Assembly: GCA_965217895.1 (NCBI GenBank)
Contig: CBDCJV010000002.1
Location: 4,064,001-4,128,000 of the forward strand
DNA length: 64,000 nt
From: Waterburya sp.
GTDB lineage: Bacteria > Cyanobacteriota > Cyanobacteriia > Cyanobacteriales > Xenococcaceae
Direction: 5' to 3'
Shown here: piece after piece, positions 48,975 to 58,310 of the stretch
How positions within the stretch are numbered: position 1 is the stretch's first letter
Layout of the letters: each line of letters starts with the position of its first letter
Position numbers and translations under genes: made by a program
Notes under the pieces: generated by a model
What the model saw: only the letters and a program-made list of their open reading frames with translations
The model's database searches: none
Told to the model about the DNA's origin: nothing

Positions 48975-49372
48975 TGAATTGTTATTTAAAATTTAAAACT
49001 AAATAAATAATTGTTGGCGAGAAGACTAAAGTTGTGTTTTGCGATCGCAAAATAAATAAAAGAGACATTAAGTGGCGTACGATTAGTTGAAATGTCTCCC
49101 TGAAGCTGAATCATTAGAAAATGCTTGGTATACGATCTTTCTTGATAAACATGACCGTTAGTAGTGCCAGCTTGTGAACTACGCGACTTTCATAATCAAT
49201 TACTAATCTATGCCTTTACTAGCTTATTTAAAAGTAGAAAATTATTTCATCAGTCTAGAGTAATAGATGCTCATTATTTACCATTTAGTAATGGGTTTAA
49301 AGTCCCGCATCTTAGGGCGATTAAGCTATCAGCTATCAGCTTCAAGCCCCTGCATAGCTAATGTAAACCGAC

Positions 49373-49486
49373 TATAGCGTTTCTCAGTTTACTGAAGTAC
49401 ATCTAACTTCTGCCTAGCTGCGGCGAACAAGCCTTTCTGCCTTAAAGCGATTTACTTTGTACCTGACTAATTTGAAAATCGCTATA
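49373..49486. repeat. TATAG-ended MITE-like element
   Basis: TATAGCGTTTCTCAGTT ... AATTTGAAAATCGCTATA imperfect terminal IRs. Similar ends at 46838-46954 and ~44003. Confidence 0.55.
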
Positions 49487-49509
49487 TTTGCGAGGAAAAT
49501 CGTTTTCAC

Positions 49510-49700
49510 AAGTAGCAAGTACCGCGCTTTGCGCTCAAGTAGCAAGTAGCAAGTTTTACCTCTCGTTAAAACAAGAGGATTCAACAATTGAAATATAATT
49601 TCATATTTTCCTCATTCATGAGGAGGCTTTATACCATCTTCGGAGCTATTTACTTGCTACTTGCTACTTGCTACTTGTTACTTTTGCTCCAAAGGAGCTT
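49510..49700 (+). repeat. STRR-flanked dispersed repeat, copy 1
   Basis: (AGTAGCA)n-TTTTACCTCTCGTTAAAACAAGAGGATT...GCTTTATACCATCTTCGGAG-(TGCTACT)n-CTCCAAAGGA. Second copy at 52071-52310. Confidence 0.75.
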
Positions 49701-49811
49701 GGTAAAGGGTTCTCTCCGCTGAGGTACCTGCGGGGAGTACCCCTCTTGGTTGCCGAGGATGCGCTTTACTTTAGGCTATTAATTGAATATTGAATGTTTT
49801 AAATTAATACT

Positions 49812-49831
49812 TATGTTTGAAATCGTACAGA
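49812..49831. promoter_or_regulatory. CRP/FNR-type box TATGTTTGAAATCGTACAGA upstream of the rhodopsin
   Basis: 19/20 identical to 46998-47017. Confidence 0.6.
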
Positions 49832-50066
49832 AACATTTGAACAATAACCATAGTACTTAAATCCGTTTTAACTTCTTTATTTTTAAATAATTTAGGATTG
49901 CTATATCTATCCAAAGAAAGAAGAATAATTTGCAAACTATAATTAAATTTATAAAGCAAAGTATCTCTGACTTAAGTTTATTAAAACACAATAAATATAG
50001 TCTATCTAGAGACTGAATATATATAGTTTCAGTCATTTTTAAAGTTGAAAAAATAGGAGAAAAATA

Positions 50067-50807
50067 ATGCCCCAAGGTTGGACAGAAATTTGGCTATGGG
50101 TAGCTTTTATCGGCATGGTAATTGGGTTCGTAATTTTAGGCATAAGAGCGATCTCTCACCGTCACAGAGAAGGCATGGAGTTTAGCATGATAAGCTTCTT
50201 TATTTGTCTTTGGGCTGCCTGTATGTATCTCTCAATGGCTCTCGGTCACACCATCACCCTAGCAGGTGGTCAAGAGGTATACTGGGGACGCTATCTAGAC
50301 TGGATTGTAACTACACCACTGCTGCTTCTCGATCTAGGAATTTTAGCAGGCGCGCGACCAAAATTGATCGGCGCAGTTATTGGTGCAGATATTTTTATGA
50401 TCGTCACGGGGGTTATTGCCTCGCTGACAACTCCTCCAGAGGATTTTATTTGGTATGTAATTAGTTGCGGGGCTTTTGTGGCTCTTCTGTGGGCTTTGTT
50501 TAGCGAATATAGTGCTACGGCTCGCCGTCGTGACGACAAAGTAAGCAAGCTGTTTTCTACTATGCGTAATCTGCTGGTTGTATTGTGGATTTGCTACCCA
50601 ATTGTCTGGATCTTAGGAGCGCAGGGAATTACAATTATTGGCACAGCATGGGAGGCGTTTTTCTATGCAGTGCTAGATGTGACAGCTAAAGTAATCTTTG
50701 GTTTAATTCTGACTTCTGCTAGTGCAACAACATTAGCAAAAGCAAGCAATTCCGACAGAATGATGAAGACAGCCGAGTCATACATACAAGGATATCAAGG
50801 AGAGTGA
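50067..50807 (+). CDS. Microbial rhodopsin, cyanorhodopsin-like DTD-motif proton pump
   Basis: Seven TMs. Helix C RYLDWIVTTPLLLLDL corresponds to BR D85/T89/D96. Helix G LDVTAKVIFG carries D212 and the retinal Lys. AGGAG RBS. Confidence 0.92.
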   Translation: MPQGWTEIWLWVAFIGMVIGFVILGIRAISHRHREGMEFSMISFFICLWAACMYLSMALGHTITLAGGQEVYWGRYLDWIVTTPLLLLDLGILAGARPKLIGAVIGADIFMIVTGVIASLTTPPEDFIWYVISCGAFVALLWALFSEYSATARRRDDKVSKLFSTMRNLLVVLWICYPIVWILGAQGITIIGTAWEAFFYAVLDVTAKVIFGLILTSASATTLAKASNSDRMMKTAESYIQGYQGE

Positions 50808-51042
50808 TCGAGGCTTCGCCCCTAAAAGATGAATTATGAGGACGAAGGAAAGAAGTTGCTTTTTATCCTCAATTCTCATCCCTCATATTTTAATAATGTT
50901 CGGTTAAGCCCCCTTGCCTTCAACTTTGGGGAAGCTAGATTCAGAGAAGTCCCCCAGACTTGAGCGACTAACCGAACAGTATTGCATCATATCTTATTTG
51001 ACTTATCAAACGTATTGTTTCAAGAAAACGGATTTAACATTT

Positions 51043-51996
51043 ATGAAAGCAGCAATCATCGATCGCTATGGATCTACTGAAGTTTTACAGATTAAAGAGA
51101 TTGCCAAACCTCAGATCGAACCAGACCAAATGCTAGTTAAGGTTCATGCTAGCAGTATTAACCCCATTGACTGGAAAATTAGAAAAGGTCTGCTGAAAAA
51201 TCGTTCGGGCAGTGAATTTCCCATGTTATTAGGATACGATGTTTCGGGTGAAGTTATTGAAGTAGGCGATCGCATTAAAGAGTTTCAACCAGGCGTGCAG
51301 ATTTATGCTCGTTTAGATCAGTCAACGGGTGGTGCTTATGCCGAATATGCTGCGGTTTCTGAGAGAATTGCTGCTGCCAAACCGAACAATATGTCTTATG
51401 AAGAGGCAGCAACAGTACCTCTTGCAGCGATGACTGCACTACAGGCTCTAAGAGACAAAGGCAACATAGCAGCGGGACAAAAGGTATTAATTAACGGTGC
51501 TTCGGGAGGAGTCGGTATTTTTGCCGTTCAAATTGCTAAAGCATTAAAGGCAGAGGTTACGGGAGTTTGCAGCAGTAGCAATGTCGAAATGGTAAGAAGC
51601 TTGGGTGCCGATCGCCTTATTGACTACAAGCAGCAAGATTTCACCGAAGATAACGTCGAATACGACATTGTTTTTGATGTGGTTGGCAATCGTACGCCAC
51701 CTGAATGTAAGTCTGTCTTGAAACCCGATGGAGTCTATATTACGACTCAGCCAACCCCCGATGACAAGTTAGCAGAATGGGAACAGAATCTCATGCCCAA
51801 CCAAAAAGCAGAAGTAATTATGCTTCAATCCAATACAGAGGATCTTGTTTATCTTGCAAGACAAATTGAAGCAGGTAAAATTAAAACCATCATCGATCGC
51901 ACCTATCCGCTCTCAGAAATTGCTGATGCTCATGCCTATAGCGAAACAGAACACGCAGCGGGCAAAATTGCGATCGCTATTTTGCCGAAACACTGA
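51043..51996 (+). CDS. NADP-dependent MDR-family oxidoreductase (quinone reductase-like)
   Basis: MKAAIIDRYG, SINPIDWK, GYDVSGEV, INGASGGVG, IDRTYPL..GKI. Confidence 0.92.
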   Translation: MKAAIIDRYGSTEVLQIKEIAKPQIEPDQMLVKVHASSINPIDWKIRKGLLKNRSGSEFPMLLGYDVSGEVIEVGDRIKEFQPGVQIYARLDQSTGGAYAEYAAVSERIAAAKPNNMSYEEAATVPLAAMTALQALRDKGNIAAGQKVLINGASGGVGIFAVQIAKALKAEVTGVCSSSNVEMVRSLGADRLIDYKQQDFTEDNVEYDIVFDVVGNRTPPECKSVLKPDGVYITTQPTPDDKLAEWEQNLMPNQKAEVIMLQSNTEDLVYLARQIEAGKIKTIIDRTYPLSEIADAHAYSETEHAAGKIAIAILPKH

Positions 51997-52070
51997 GCAG
52001 TGAAATAGTATTAAGCTCTAAAATAGTAACCTAGTAACCAAACACTTCAAACTTTTAGATATATATTTCA

Positions 52071-52310
52071 AAAGTAGCAGATAGCAAGGAGCAAGTAGCA
52101 ATTTTACCTCTCGTTAAAACAAGAGGATTGAAACAAAGAAATGTGTTTTATTTTTTTTCGTCTTTAAAGAGCGCAACGCGCAAGCGTTGCCAGTCGTCTT
52201 CGACGACGATCTGAGCCTTTCAGGCTCTGCGCTTTATACCAACTTCGGAGTTTTCTTAATTGCTATCTGCGCGAACTCCACGCGGCTGCTACTTAACTCC
52301 GAAGGAATTA
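52071..52310 (+). repeat. STRR-flanked dispersed repeat, copy 2, with extra nested hairpins
   Basis: 28 bp core 52102-52129 is identical to 49554-49581, and 52231-52250 is 19/20 identical to 49626-49645. Confidence 0.75.
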
Positions 52311-52336
52311 GGTAATTAATTACATTCAAATAGGTT

Positions 52337-52933
52337 ATGTTGATAAATGCCAAGCTTCCCTTAGATAGCGATCGTCTTCAAAGACAAGACCAAACTTTGA
52401 GTTTGGCAGGAATGACTTGGATAGATTACGAAAAATTTAATTCCCAAGAGTACCCAGGCTACAGAGTTTCTTATTTTGATGGAGTAATTACTTTAGTGTC
52501 TCCTAGCAAGAATCACGAGAGAATTGCCCAAACCATTGCTATTTTGGTGTTTACTTACTGTAGAAAGTACAATTTATCCTATTTTCCCTTGGGTTCAACT
52601 CGATTACAAAATAAACCATTAGCGGGAAAAGAGCCAGACGTTAGTTTTGCTTTTGATACTGACAAAGATATTCCTGACTTGGCGGTTGAAGTTATATTTT
52701 CTAGTGGTAGCTTTGACGATCTCGATAAATATCAAGCCATAGGCGTTAACGAAGTTTGGTTCTGGAAAAATCATCAAATTACTTTTTATCAACTGCAAAC
52801 TCAAGGATACATAGAAATTTCTACCAGTAAATTTTTACCTAACTTGTCATCTAAAATATTGGAAAACTTTGTTAACCAAGGACTTACCAAAAGTTTAGTC
52901 ACCATTGAAGCCAATTTTTTACAACAAATTTAA
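52337..52933 (+). CDS. Uma2-family (PD-(D/E)XK) endonuclease-like protein
   Basis: SPSKNHE, GKEPDVSF, PDLAVEVIFSSG, KYQAIGVNEVWFW. Confidence 0.9.
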   Translation: MLINAKLPLDSDRLQRQDQTLSLAGMTWIDYEKFNSQEYPGYRVSYFDGVITLVSPSKNHERIAQTIAILVFTYCRKYNLSYFPLGSTRLQNKPLAGKEPDVSFAFDTDKDIPDLAVEVIFSSGSFDDLDKYQAIGVNEVWFWKNHQITFYQLQTQGYIEISTSKFLPNLSSKILENFVNQGLTKSLVTIEANFLQQI

Positions 52934-52958
52934 CAGTGAACATTGTTCACTGTTAAAT
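52928..52958. terminator. 15 bp inverted repeat at the Uma2 stop
   Basis: ATTTAACAGTGAACA-T-TGTTCACTGTTAAAT. Confidence 0.45.
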
Positions 52959-53022
52959 GCTCGCCCTCGACAATAACCTCAACGGGGGAAACCCCCGCAA
53001 CGGTTTTGTCTCGCAATGATAA

Positions 53023-53994
53023 ATGTTTATGAATACTCGACCGACAGTGCTAGTTACCCGCAAGTTACCCGCTGCTGTAGAAACACGTTTAGAAAAAGAT
53101 TATCTGCCCTGTTTGAATCAAGACGATCATCCTTATTCTATAGAAGAGTTATTGCTAGGTAGCCAAGAAGCAGATGCTTTAATCATCACTGGACAAAACT
53201 CTCTTGATGCAGAAGCGATCGCTCAATTACCAGCATCAATTAAGGCGATCGCTACTTTCTGCGTGGGTTACGACCACATCGATCTCGAAGCAGCCAAAAA
53301 GCGTGACATTTACGTAATTAATACTCCCGATGTGCTAACTGACGCTACAGCAGATTTAACCTGGTTATTACTGTTATGTGCTGCCCGTCGCGCCCATGAG
53401 GGAGAACAGTTAATACGTCAGGACAAATGGAGAGATCCTCATCCTACTCAACTACTCGGTACGCAAGTTACGGGGAAACGTCTGGGTATCTTGGGAATGG
53501 GACGAATTGGCAGGGCAGTTGCTCGACGAGCTAAAGCGTTTAAAATGGAAGTTCATTACAGTAATCGTCATCGGCTTTCGCCAGAACAAGAAGGAGGAGC
53601 AATTTTTCACGACGATCCAGAAGAATTATTAAGAGTAAGCGATTTCTTTTCGTTTCACTGTCCTGCCACTCCCGAAACCGAACATTTCCTTAATGCTCGA
53701 CGAATTGAATTATTACCCGATGGGGCGATTATCGTTAATGCAGCCCGTGGTAGTTTGATAGTGGATGAAGATTTAATTGCAGCATTGCGATCGCGCAAAA
53801 TTCAAGCTGCTGGTTTAGATGTATTTGAGGGAGAGCCTGAAATCAATTCTGCTTATCAAACTTTACCCAATGTATTTCTCTTACCGCATATTGGCAGTGC
53901 TACGTTAGAAACTCGCACCCAAATGGGTTTTTTGCTGCTAGATAATTTAGATGCTGTCTTTGCTGGTAAACAACCCCCAAATTCGCTTACCTGA
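53023..53994 (+). CDS. D-isomer-specific 2-hydroxyacid dehydrogenase (glyoxylate/hydroxypyruvate reductase-like)
   Basis: VGYDHID, NTPDVLT..TAD, GMGRIG, VNAARG, GLDVFEGEP, PHIGSA. Confidence 0.92.
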   Translation: MFMNTRPTVLVTRKLPAAVETRLEKDYLPCLNQDDHPYSIEELLLGSQEADALIITGQNSLDAEAIAQLPASIKAIATFCVGYDHIDLEAAKKRDIYVINTPDVLTDATADLTWLLLLCAARRAHEGEQLIRQDKWRDPHPTQLLGTQVTGKRLGILGMGRIGRAVARRAKAFKMEVHYSNRHRLSPEQEGGAIFHDDPEELLRVSDFFSFHCPATPETEHFLNARRIELLPDGAIIVNAARGSLIVDEDLIAALRSRKIQAAGLDVFEGEPEINSAYQTLPNVFLLPHIGSATLETRTQMGFLLLDNLDAVFAGKQPPNSLT

Positions 53995-54038
53995 CCTATA
54001 AAACATTGATAAATCTGAGGTATTTTGCTCTTCCTAGA

Positions 54039-54063
54039 GTGTATGATGTGCATATACATACAC
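54039..54063. promoter_or_regulatory. Putative VapB operator palindrome
   Basis: GTGTATG-N11-CATACAC, 12 bp upstream of the vapB ATG. Confidence 0.5.
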
Positions 54064-54075
54064 ATTGTTGCGGTT

Positions 54076-54273
54076 ATGAGAACTAATATTGAAATTGATG
54101 ATGAATTAATGCAAGAAGCCTTTAGTCTAACTAATGTGAGAACTAAAAAAGAACTGGTTCATTTGGCTCTACAAGAATTTATCAAAGCCAAAAAGAAAAA
54201 AGACCTGCTTGAGTTAAGTGGAAAAATTCAATTTCATGAAGGTTATGATTACAAGTCTTTAAGAGGCAATTAA
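54076..54273 (+). CDS. vapB: VapB-family antitoxin
   Basis: MRTNIEIDDELMQEA...TKKELVHLALQE, directly before a PIN gene. Confidence 0.9.
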   Translation: MRTNIEIDDELMQEAFSLTNVRTKKELVHLALQEFIKAKKKKDLLELSGKIQFHEGYDYKSLRGN

Positions 54274-54275
54274 CC

Positions 54276-54671
54276 ATGTTGTTAATTGATACTTCGGTTT
54301 GGATTAAATTATTTCGTGAGGAGAACAACGATTTTAAGCAGACTTTAACGGAGATTATTGACGGCAGAGATTATTATTTATCTCGATTTACCCAAACTGA
54401 GTTATTGCAAGGTTGTAGAAACGAACAAGAATGGTCGCAGCTAAATAGTTACCTGGAAACTCAAAACTATATTAATCCTAGCCTCCAATCATGGACTCAA
54501 GCAGCTCGTCTTTATTTTGAGCTTCGTCGTCAGGGAATTACGGTTCGTAATACTATTGATTGCCTAATTGCAGCTTTGACTATTGAGCATAAATTGCTGC
54601 TGATACATATCGATCGCGATTTTGAAGCGATCGCTCAGGGCGTAGCTCTCAATCAAATTCGACTTGATTAG
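54276..54671 (+). CDS. vapC: VapC PIN-domain toxin (intact)
   Basis: LIDTSVWI, TELLQG, TIDCLIAA, H.DRDF. Confidence 0.92.
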   Translation: MLLIDTSVWIKLFREENNDFKQTLTEIIDGRDYYLSRFTQTELLQGCRNEQEWSQLNSYLETQNYINPSLQSWTQAARLYFELRRQGITVRNTIDCLIAALTIEHKLLLIHIDRDFEAIAQGVALNQIRLD

Positions 54672-54683
54672 CGATCCTCACAC

Positions 54684-55259
54684 TCACTTTAAAGCTTTTA
54701 GCATCATATTTTTAGCTTTTGAGGTTGCCTGGGTAAAAACATTTGTATCATCAGTAGCTTGTGCCATTACAAGTCCACCTTGAATTGCCACCATCGAACA
54801 CTGTGCTAAGTGTCGGCTTTCTTTTTCTGACAAGCCTTGGTTCTGTAAATAAGTAGTAATAGCCTCAATCCATCGTTTAAAATAGCTTTTAATCTCAGAT
54901 GAAAACGGTTCTCTAGCTTCATAAAGAGCAAAAGCTCCAAATAAACAGATTCTTTGTCCACTATCAAAATATGTATCGACTGCTGTAAACATCTTACCTA
55001 AGACTTTTTCTGGGACATCATTTGTATCTAAGGGAGCAAATATATTTTCTTCAAACCAGCAGTCAATCTGTTTCAATACGGCTTTGGCAATATCTTCTTT
55101 TCCTGCTGGAAAATAATTATAAAGACTTCCTTTTCCTAAACCAGAAGCCTTCATAATTTGAGCGTAGGATGTGCCATGATAACCTTGTTCCCTAAATAAC
55201 TCAGCTATAGCTGCAATAGCTCGCGCTTTGTCAATTTTGGGTGCAGGCATAATTTTCAA
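54684..55259 (-). CDS. TetR/AcrR-family regulator
   Basis: FREQGYHGTS...SGLGKGSLYNYFPAGKE. Confidence 0.92.
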   Translation of the reverse strand: MKIMPAPKIDKARAIAAIAELFREQGYHGTSYAQIMKASGLGKGSLYNYFPAGKEDIAKAVLKQIDCWFEENIFAPLDTNDVPEKVLGKMFTAVDTYFDSGQRICLFGAFALYEAREPFSSEIKSYFKRWIEAITTYLQNQGLSEKESRHLAQCSMVAIQGGLVMAQATDDTNVFTQATSKAKNMMLKALK

Positions 55260-55266
55260 GACCTAA

Positions 55267-55731
55267 TTACGTTAAACCTGGGTGGTCTTCTGGTCTTATA
55301 TTTCCCGACCAAAAGAATTTACGTTTCTCTACTTTAATTTTAACGTCATTAATACTCGCTTCTCGACGAGACATCAAGCCATTTTCATCAAATTCCCATA
55401 ATTCATTTCCATGAGCGCGATAGCATTGCTCTGAATCATCATGCCATTCATACTGAAAACGTACTGCTATTTTGTTGTCGTCAAATGCCCACAACTCTTT
55501 TATAAGCCGATAATCTAGTTCTTTATGCCATTTTCGTGTCAAGAATTCTACTATCTTATCGCGACCTTGAAAAAATTCGTCACGATTACGCCATACACTA
55601 TCAAATGTATAAGCTAATGCTACTTGTTGAGGATTGCGAGTATTCCAGGCATTCTCTGCCATTCGCACTTTTTGAATTGCTGTGTCTCGATTGAAAGGGG
55701 GAAGTGGTAAGCGTTGTTCTATTTCATTCAT
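55267..55731 (-). CDS. DUF1348 / SnoaL-like (NTF2-fold) protein
   Basis: PLPPF...[49 protein letters not shown]. Confidence 0.9.
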   Translation of the reverse strand: MNEIEQRLPLPPFNRDTAIQKVRMAENAWNTRNPQQVALAYTFDSVWRNRDEFFQGRDKIVEFLTRKWHKELDYRLIKELWAFDDNKIAVRFQYEWHDDSEQCYRAHGNELWEFDENGLMSRREASINDVKIKVEKRKFFWSGNIRPEDHPGLT

Positions 55732-55746
55732 TTTCTATTAAACCTT

Positions 55747-55783
55747 TTGGTACAATGTCAATTGTATTGTACCAATTAGTAAA
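55747..55783. promoter_or_regulatory. Putative TetR operator upstream of the DUF1348-tetR pair
   Basis: TTGGTACAAT-N9-ATTGTACCAA palindrome overlapping TGTACCAATTAGTAAA. Confidence 0.5.
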
Positions 55784-55873
55784 ATAATTTAAAAACCTTT
55801 TTCAACTTTAACTGTGTCCGCTACAGATTGATTGTAGGGGCGAACGGCTGTTCGCAATCTGTCTTTTTTATTA

Positions 55874-56746
55874 TTAAGACAGTTCTTCGTCGATTCGTTT
55901 TACTTCTTCAGTAGAGAGTTCCAAATCTACTGCTTTAACCGAATCTTCGATACTAGAAATATGGCTCGCACCAGGAATCGGCACGATACAGTCATATTTG
56001 GCTCGCAACCATGCTAAAACTATTTGATAAACCGAAACCTCTCTATCTTTAGCCAACTCGGCAATAACTTGAATATTCTGCAAACGACTAACGCGACTGC
56101 TTCCTCCTAGAGGACTCCAGGGAAAGAAAATTAATCCTTCTTTTGCACAATAATCTAACACCCCATCAAATTCGGGTTGACGATGCCAGGGATTGTATTG
56201 ATTCTGTACAGAGACAATATCTACTACTTGACGAGCCTGTTTAATTTGTTCGACAGTAAAGTTAGAAACGCCAACGTAGCGTATCAATCCTTGTTCTACA
56301 GCTTCTTTTGCTGGAGTTAGGGCTTCTTCAATTGTATAGTTGGTATCTGGTGCATGATATTGCCAAAGATCGATAGGTTCAGAACCCTTCAGAATTACAT
56401 GGCTTTCGCGAATGGTTTTCTGTAAGCGATCTGGATTGCCGTCTTGAGTCCATCTGCCTTCAGGACGCAACAAACCCCCTTTGGTGGCAACCGTAACCAA
56501 ACTTGTATCTCCTGAATACTGTTGCAGTGCTTTAGCAATCAGGCTTTCATTATGATGTTTGTCGGATTCATCTCGGCAATAAGCGTCAGACGTATCGATT
56601 AAAGTCACGCCAAGATCGAGAGCTTTATGGATAACGGAAATTGCCTCTGATTCTGGCGGACGACCTGATATTGATAGCGGCATTGCACCTAAACCGATCG
56701 CACTTATCTGGCGATCTCTACCTAGCTGTTTATATTTCACGAGCAA
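55874..56746 (-). CDS. Aldo/keto reductase
   Basis: IGLGAM, IDTSDAY, VATKGG, IDLWQYH, VGVSNF, SVQNQY, PWSPLG, PIPG. Confidence 0.92.
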   Translation of the reverse strand: MLVKYKQLGRDRQISAIGLGAMPLSISGRPPESEAISVIHKALDLGVTLIDTSDAYCRDESDKHHNESLIAKALQQYSGDTSLVTVATKGGLLRPEGRWTQDGNPDRLQKTIRESHVILKGSEPIDLWQYHAPDTNYTIEEALTPAKEAVEQGLIRYVGVSNFTVEQIKQARQVVDIVSVQNQYNPWHRQPEFDGVLDYCAKEGLIFFPWSPLGGSSRVSRLQNIQVIAELAKDREVSVYQIVLAWLRAKYDCIVPIPGASHISSIEDSVKAVDLELSTEEVKRIDEELS

Positions 56747-56807
56747 TCTTTAATTTTCAATTGAATTATTTCTATTTACTCTTAGGGCAACTAGAAATTT
56801 ATCTATC

Positions 56808-56879
56808 CTAAGTATTAACATTGGCTGAGGCAAAGATTTGTGCTGCTGTTAGATTCAGTTCTTTAAACTGTGGCGATTG
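56808..56879 (-). pseudogene. C-terminal remnant of a Uma2-family gene
   Basis: QSPQFKELNLTAAQIFASANVNT* resembles the typical Uma2 end (SP.F.EL.LT..QIF). Confidence 0.5.
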
Positions 56880-57066
56880 ATCGCACTAGCTCTTCACGCC
56901 TTTGTGCGAGACAATATTGTCTTTATGAGCGCAACTTAGTATAAGACCCGTCCCGTTAAAAGAACTGTCGAGTATGACATGAAACTAGATTCTAAACACC
57001 TGATTGAATTGATGGAAATATTACAGGTAGAGGAAATAGAGAAGCTTACAAGCTACTTTCTGCTTC

Positions 57067-58209
57067 CTACTCCCTACTCAAAACATAGTTCGGCGCGTCA
57101 GAATGAATTGGTGCAATACGGTTTTTAAGAAATCCACCCTGGCGATTTTGGCTAACGGCTTGAATTTCGGCAATGATCGAAAGGGCAATTTCTTCGGGAT
57201 TATCTGCACCTATGTCTAATCCTACAGGACTATATAATTGCTTAGGCCGATCGATAAGTCCCTCATACTTCAAATCTTGTAGTAATCTATTAGTTCTTTT
57301 TTTAGGGCCGAGAATACCAAGATATTTTAAGTCAATAGTATTTATAGCCTGCAAGAATTCTAGATCGTAGAGATAATTATGGCTCATTACCACGGCTACG
57401 GTTTGGTCATTAAAATCAACACGGGAGTGGGAAATGGCTTCATCGGCAGTTCCCAGGATAACGCGATCGCATTCTTGAAAACGTTCTTTTGTCTGAGGGC
57501 GTGCTTGAGGATCGATGACAGTGACGTACCAGCCTAATTCTTTGGCGAAATGAACTACGGGTAGCGTATCAAAACCCGCACCAAAAATAATTAAATTAAT
57601 TGGTGGAATAATTACTTCTAGAAAAACTTCTGCTGTCTCCTCGGTTAGTATATAAGCTCGCGATCTAGACTTTTTTTGTTGTAATACCAATTGAAGATCT
57701 TGTTTGGAGATCGCTTCTAATTCTGAATTATTAATATTAGAAACGATACTGCCATCTGGATAAAGTAAAACGCGGTTAATATTCTTTTTTACTTCAGTCG
57801 TCTCTACGTTGAATACAGTTGCTACCGCACCTGCTTGTCTAGTCGATAAACACCGTTCTATGACGCTTAAAGCATTTAGTTGTTCTGCATTCAATCGCTC
57901 AATGAGAATATAGGCTACACCTTGACAGCCCAAGCCCAAACCCCAGATTAGGTCATCTTCGTCAGTAGTGTCATATTTAACCAGGCTAGGTATGCCAGTT
58001 TTGAGAACGACCTGCGATCGCTTTACAACATCGCTTTCTAAACAGCCACCGCTAATCGTTCCTACCTGTTGACCATCGGAGGTTATCAACATTCTCGCTC
58101 CAGGACGACGATATGCTGAACCTTCTACCTTAACTAAAGTTGCTAAAGCTGCTGTTTGTCTCTCTTGAAGCTGTTTCCAAACTATAACAATATCTTGTAA
58201 TTCTTTCAT
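57067..58209 (-). CDS. xdhC: XdhC/CoxI family molybdoenzyme accessory protein
   Basis: LATLVKVEGSAYRRPGARM, GTISGGCLE, GLGCQG, IFGAG.D, YLGILGP, SPVGLDIGA..PEEIALSI.AEI. Confidence 0.92.
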   Translation of the reverse strand: MKELQDIVIVWKQLQERQTAALATLVKVEGSAYRRPGARMLITSDGQQVGTISGGCLESDVVKRSQVVLKTGIPSLVKYDTTDEDDLIWGLGLGCQGVAYILIERLNAEQLNALSVIERCLSTRQAGAVATVFNVETTEVKKNINRVLLYPDGSIVSNINNSELEAISKQDLQLVLQQKKSRSRAYILTEETAEVFLEVIIPPINLIIFGAGFDTLPVVHFAKELGWYVTVIDPQARPQTKERFQECDRVILGTADEAISHSRVDFNDQTVAVVMSHNYLYDLEFLQAINTIDLKYLGILGPKKRTNRLLQDLKYEGLIDRPKQLYSPVGLDIGADNPEEIALSIIAEIQAVSQNRQGGFLKNRIAPIHSDAPNYVLSRE

Positions 58210-58310
58210 AAGCTTTAACGTCGATAGTTTAGCGATTGGACATGGAGTCTTTGACCTAAGTTTTGTATACAAGTCATTCATTTGTCGCCAAACTGTTTTT
58301 TTGCCTAATC

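Noticed and set aside
49290..49322. Possible IS200/IS605-type end remnant (AATGGGTTTAAAGTCCCG...)
   Set aside because: Too short and degenerate, with no tnpA or tnpB nearby.
50067..50807. Sensory rhodopsin (ASR/xenorhodopsin) or chloride pump identity
   Set aside because: It has a DTD motif and Asp at the D212 position, not Pro as in ASR or TSD as in cyanobacterial halorhodopsins. No transducer gene follows.
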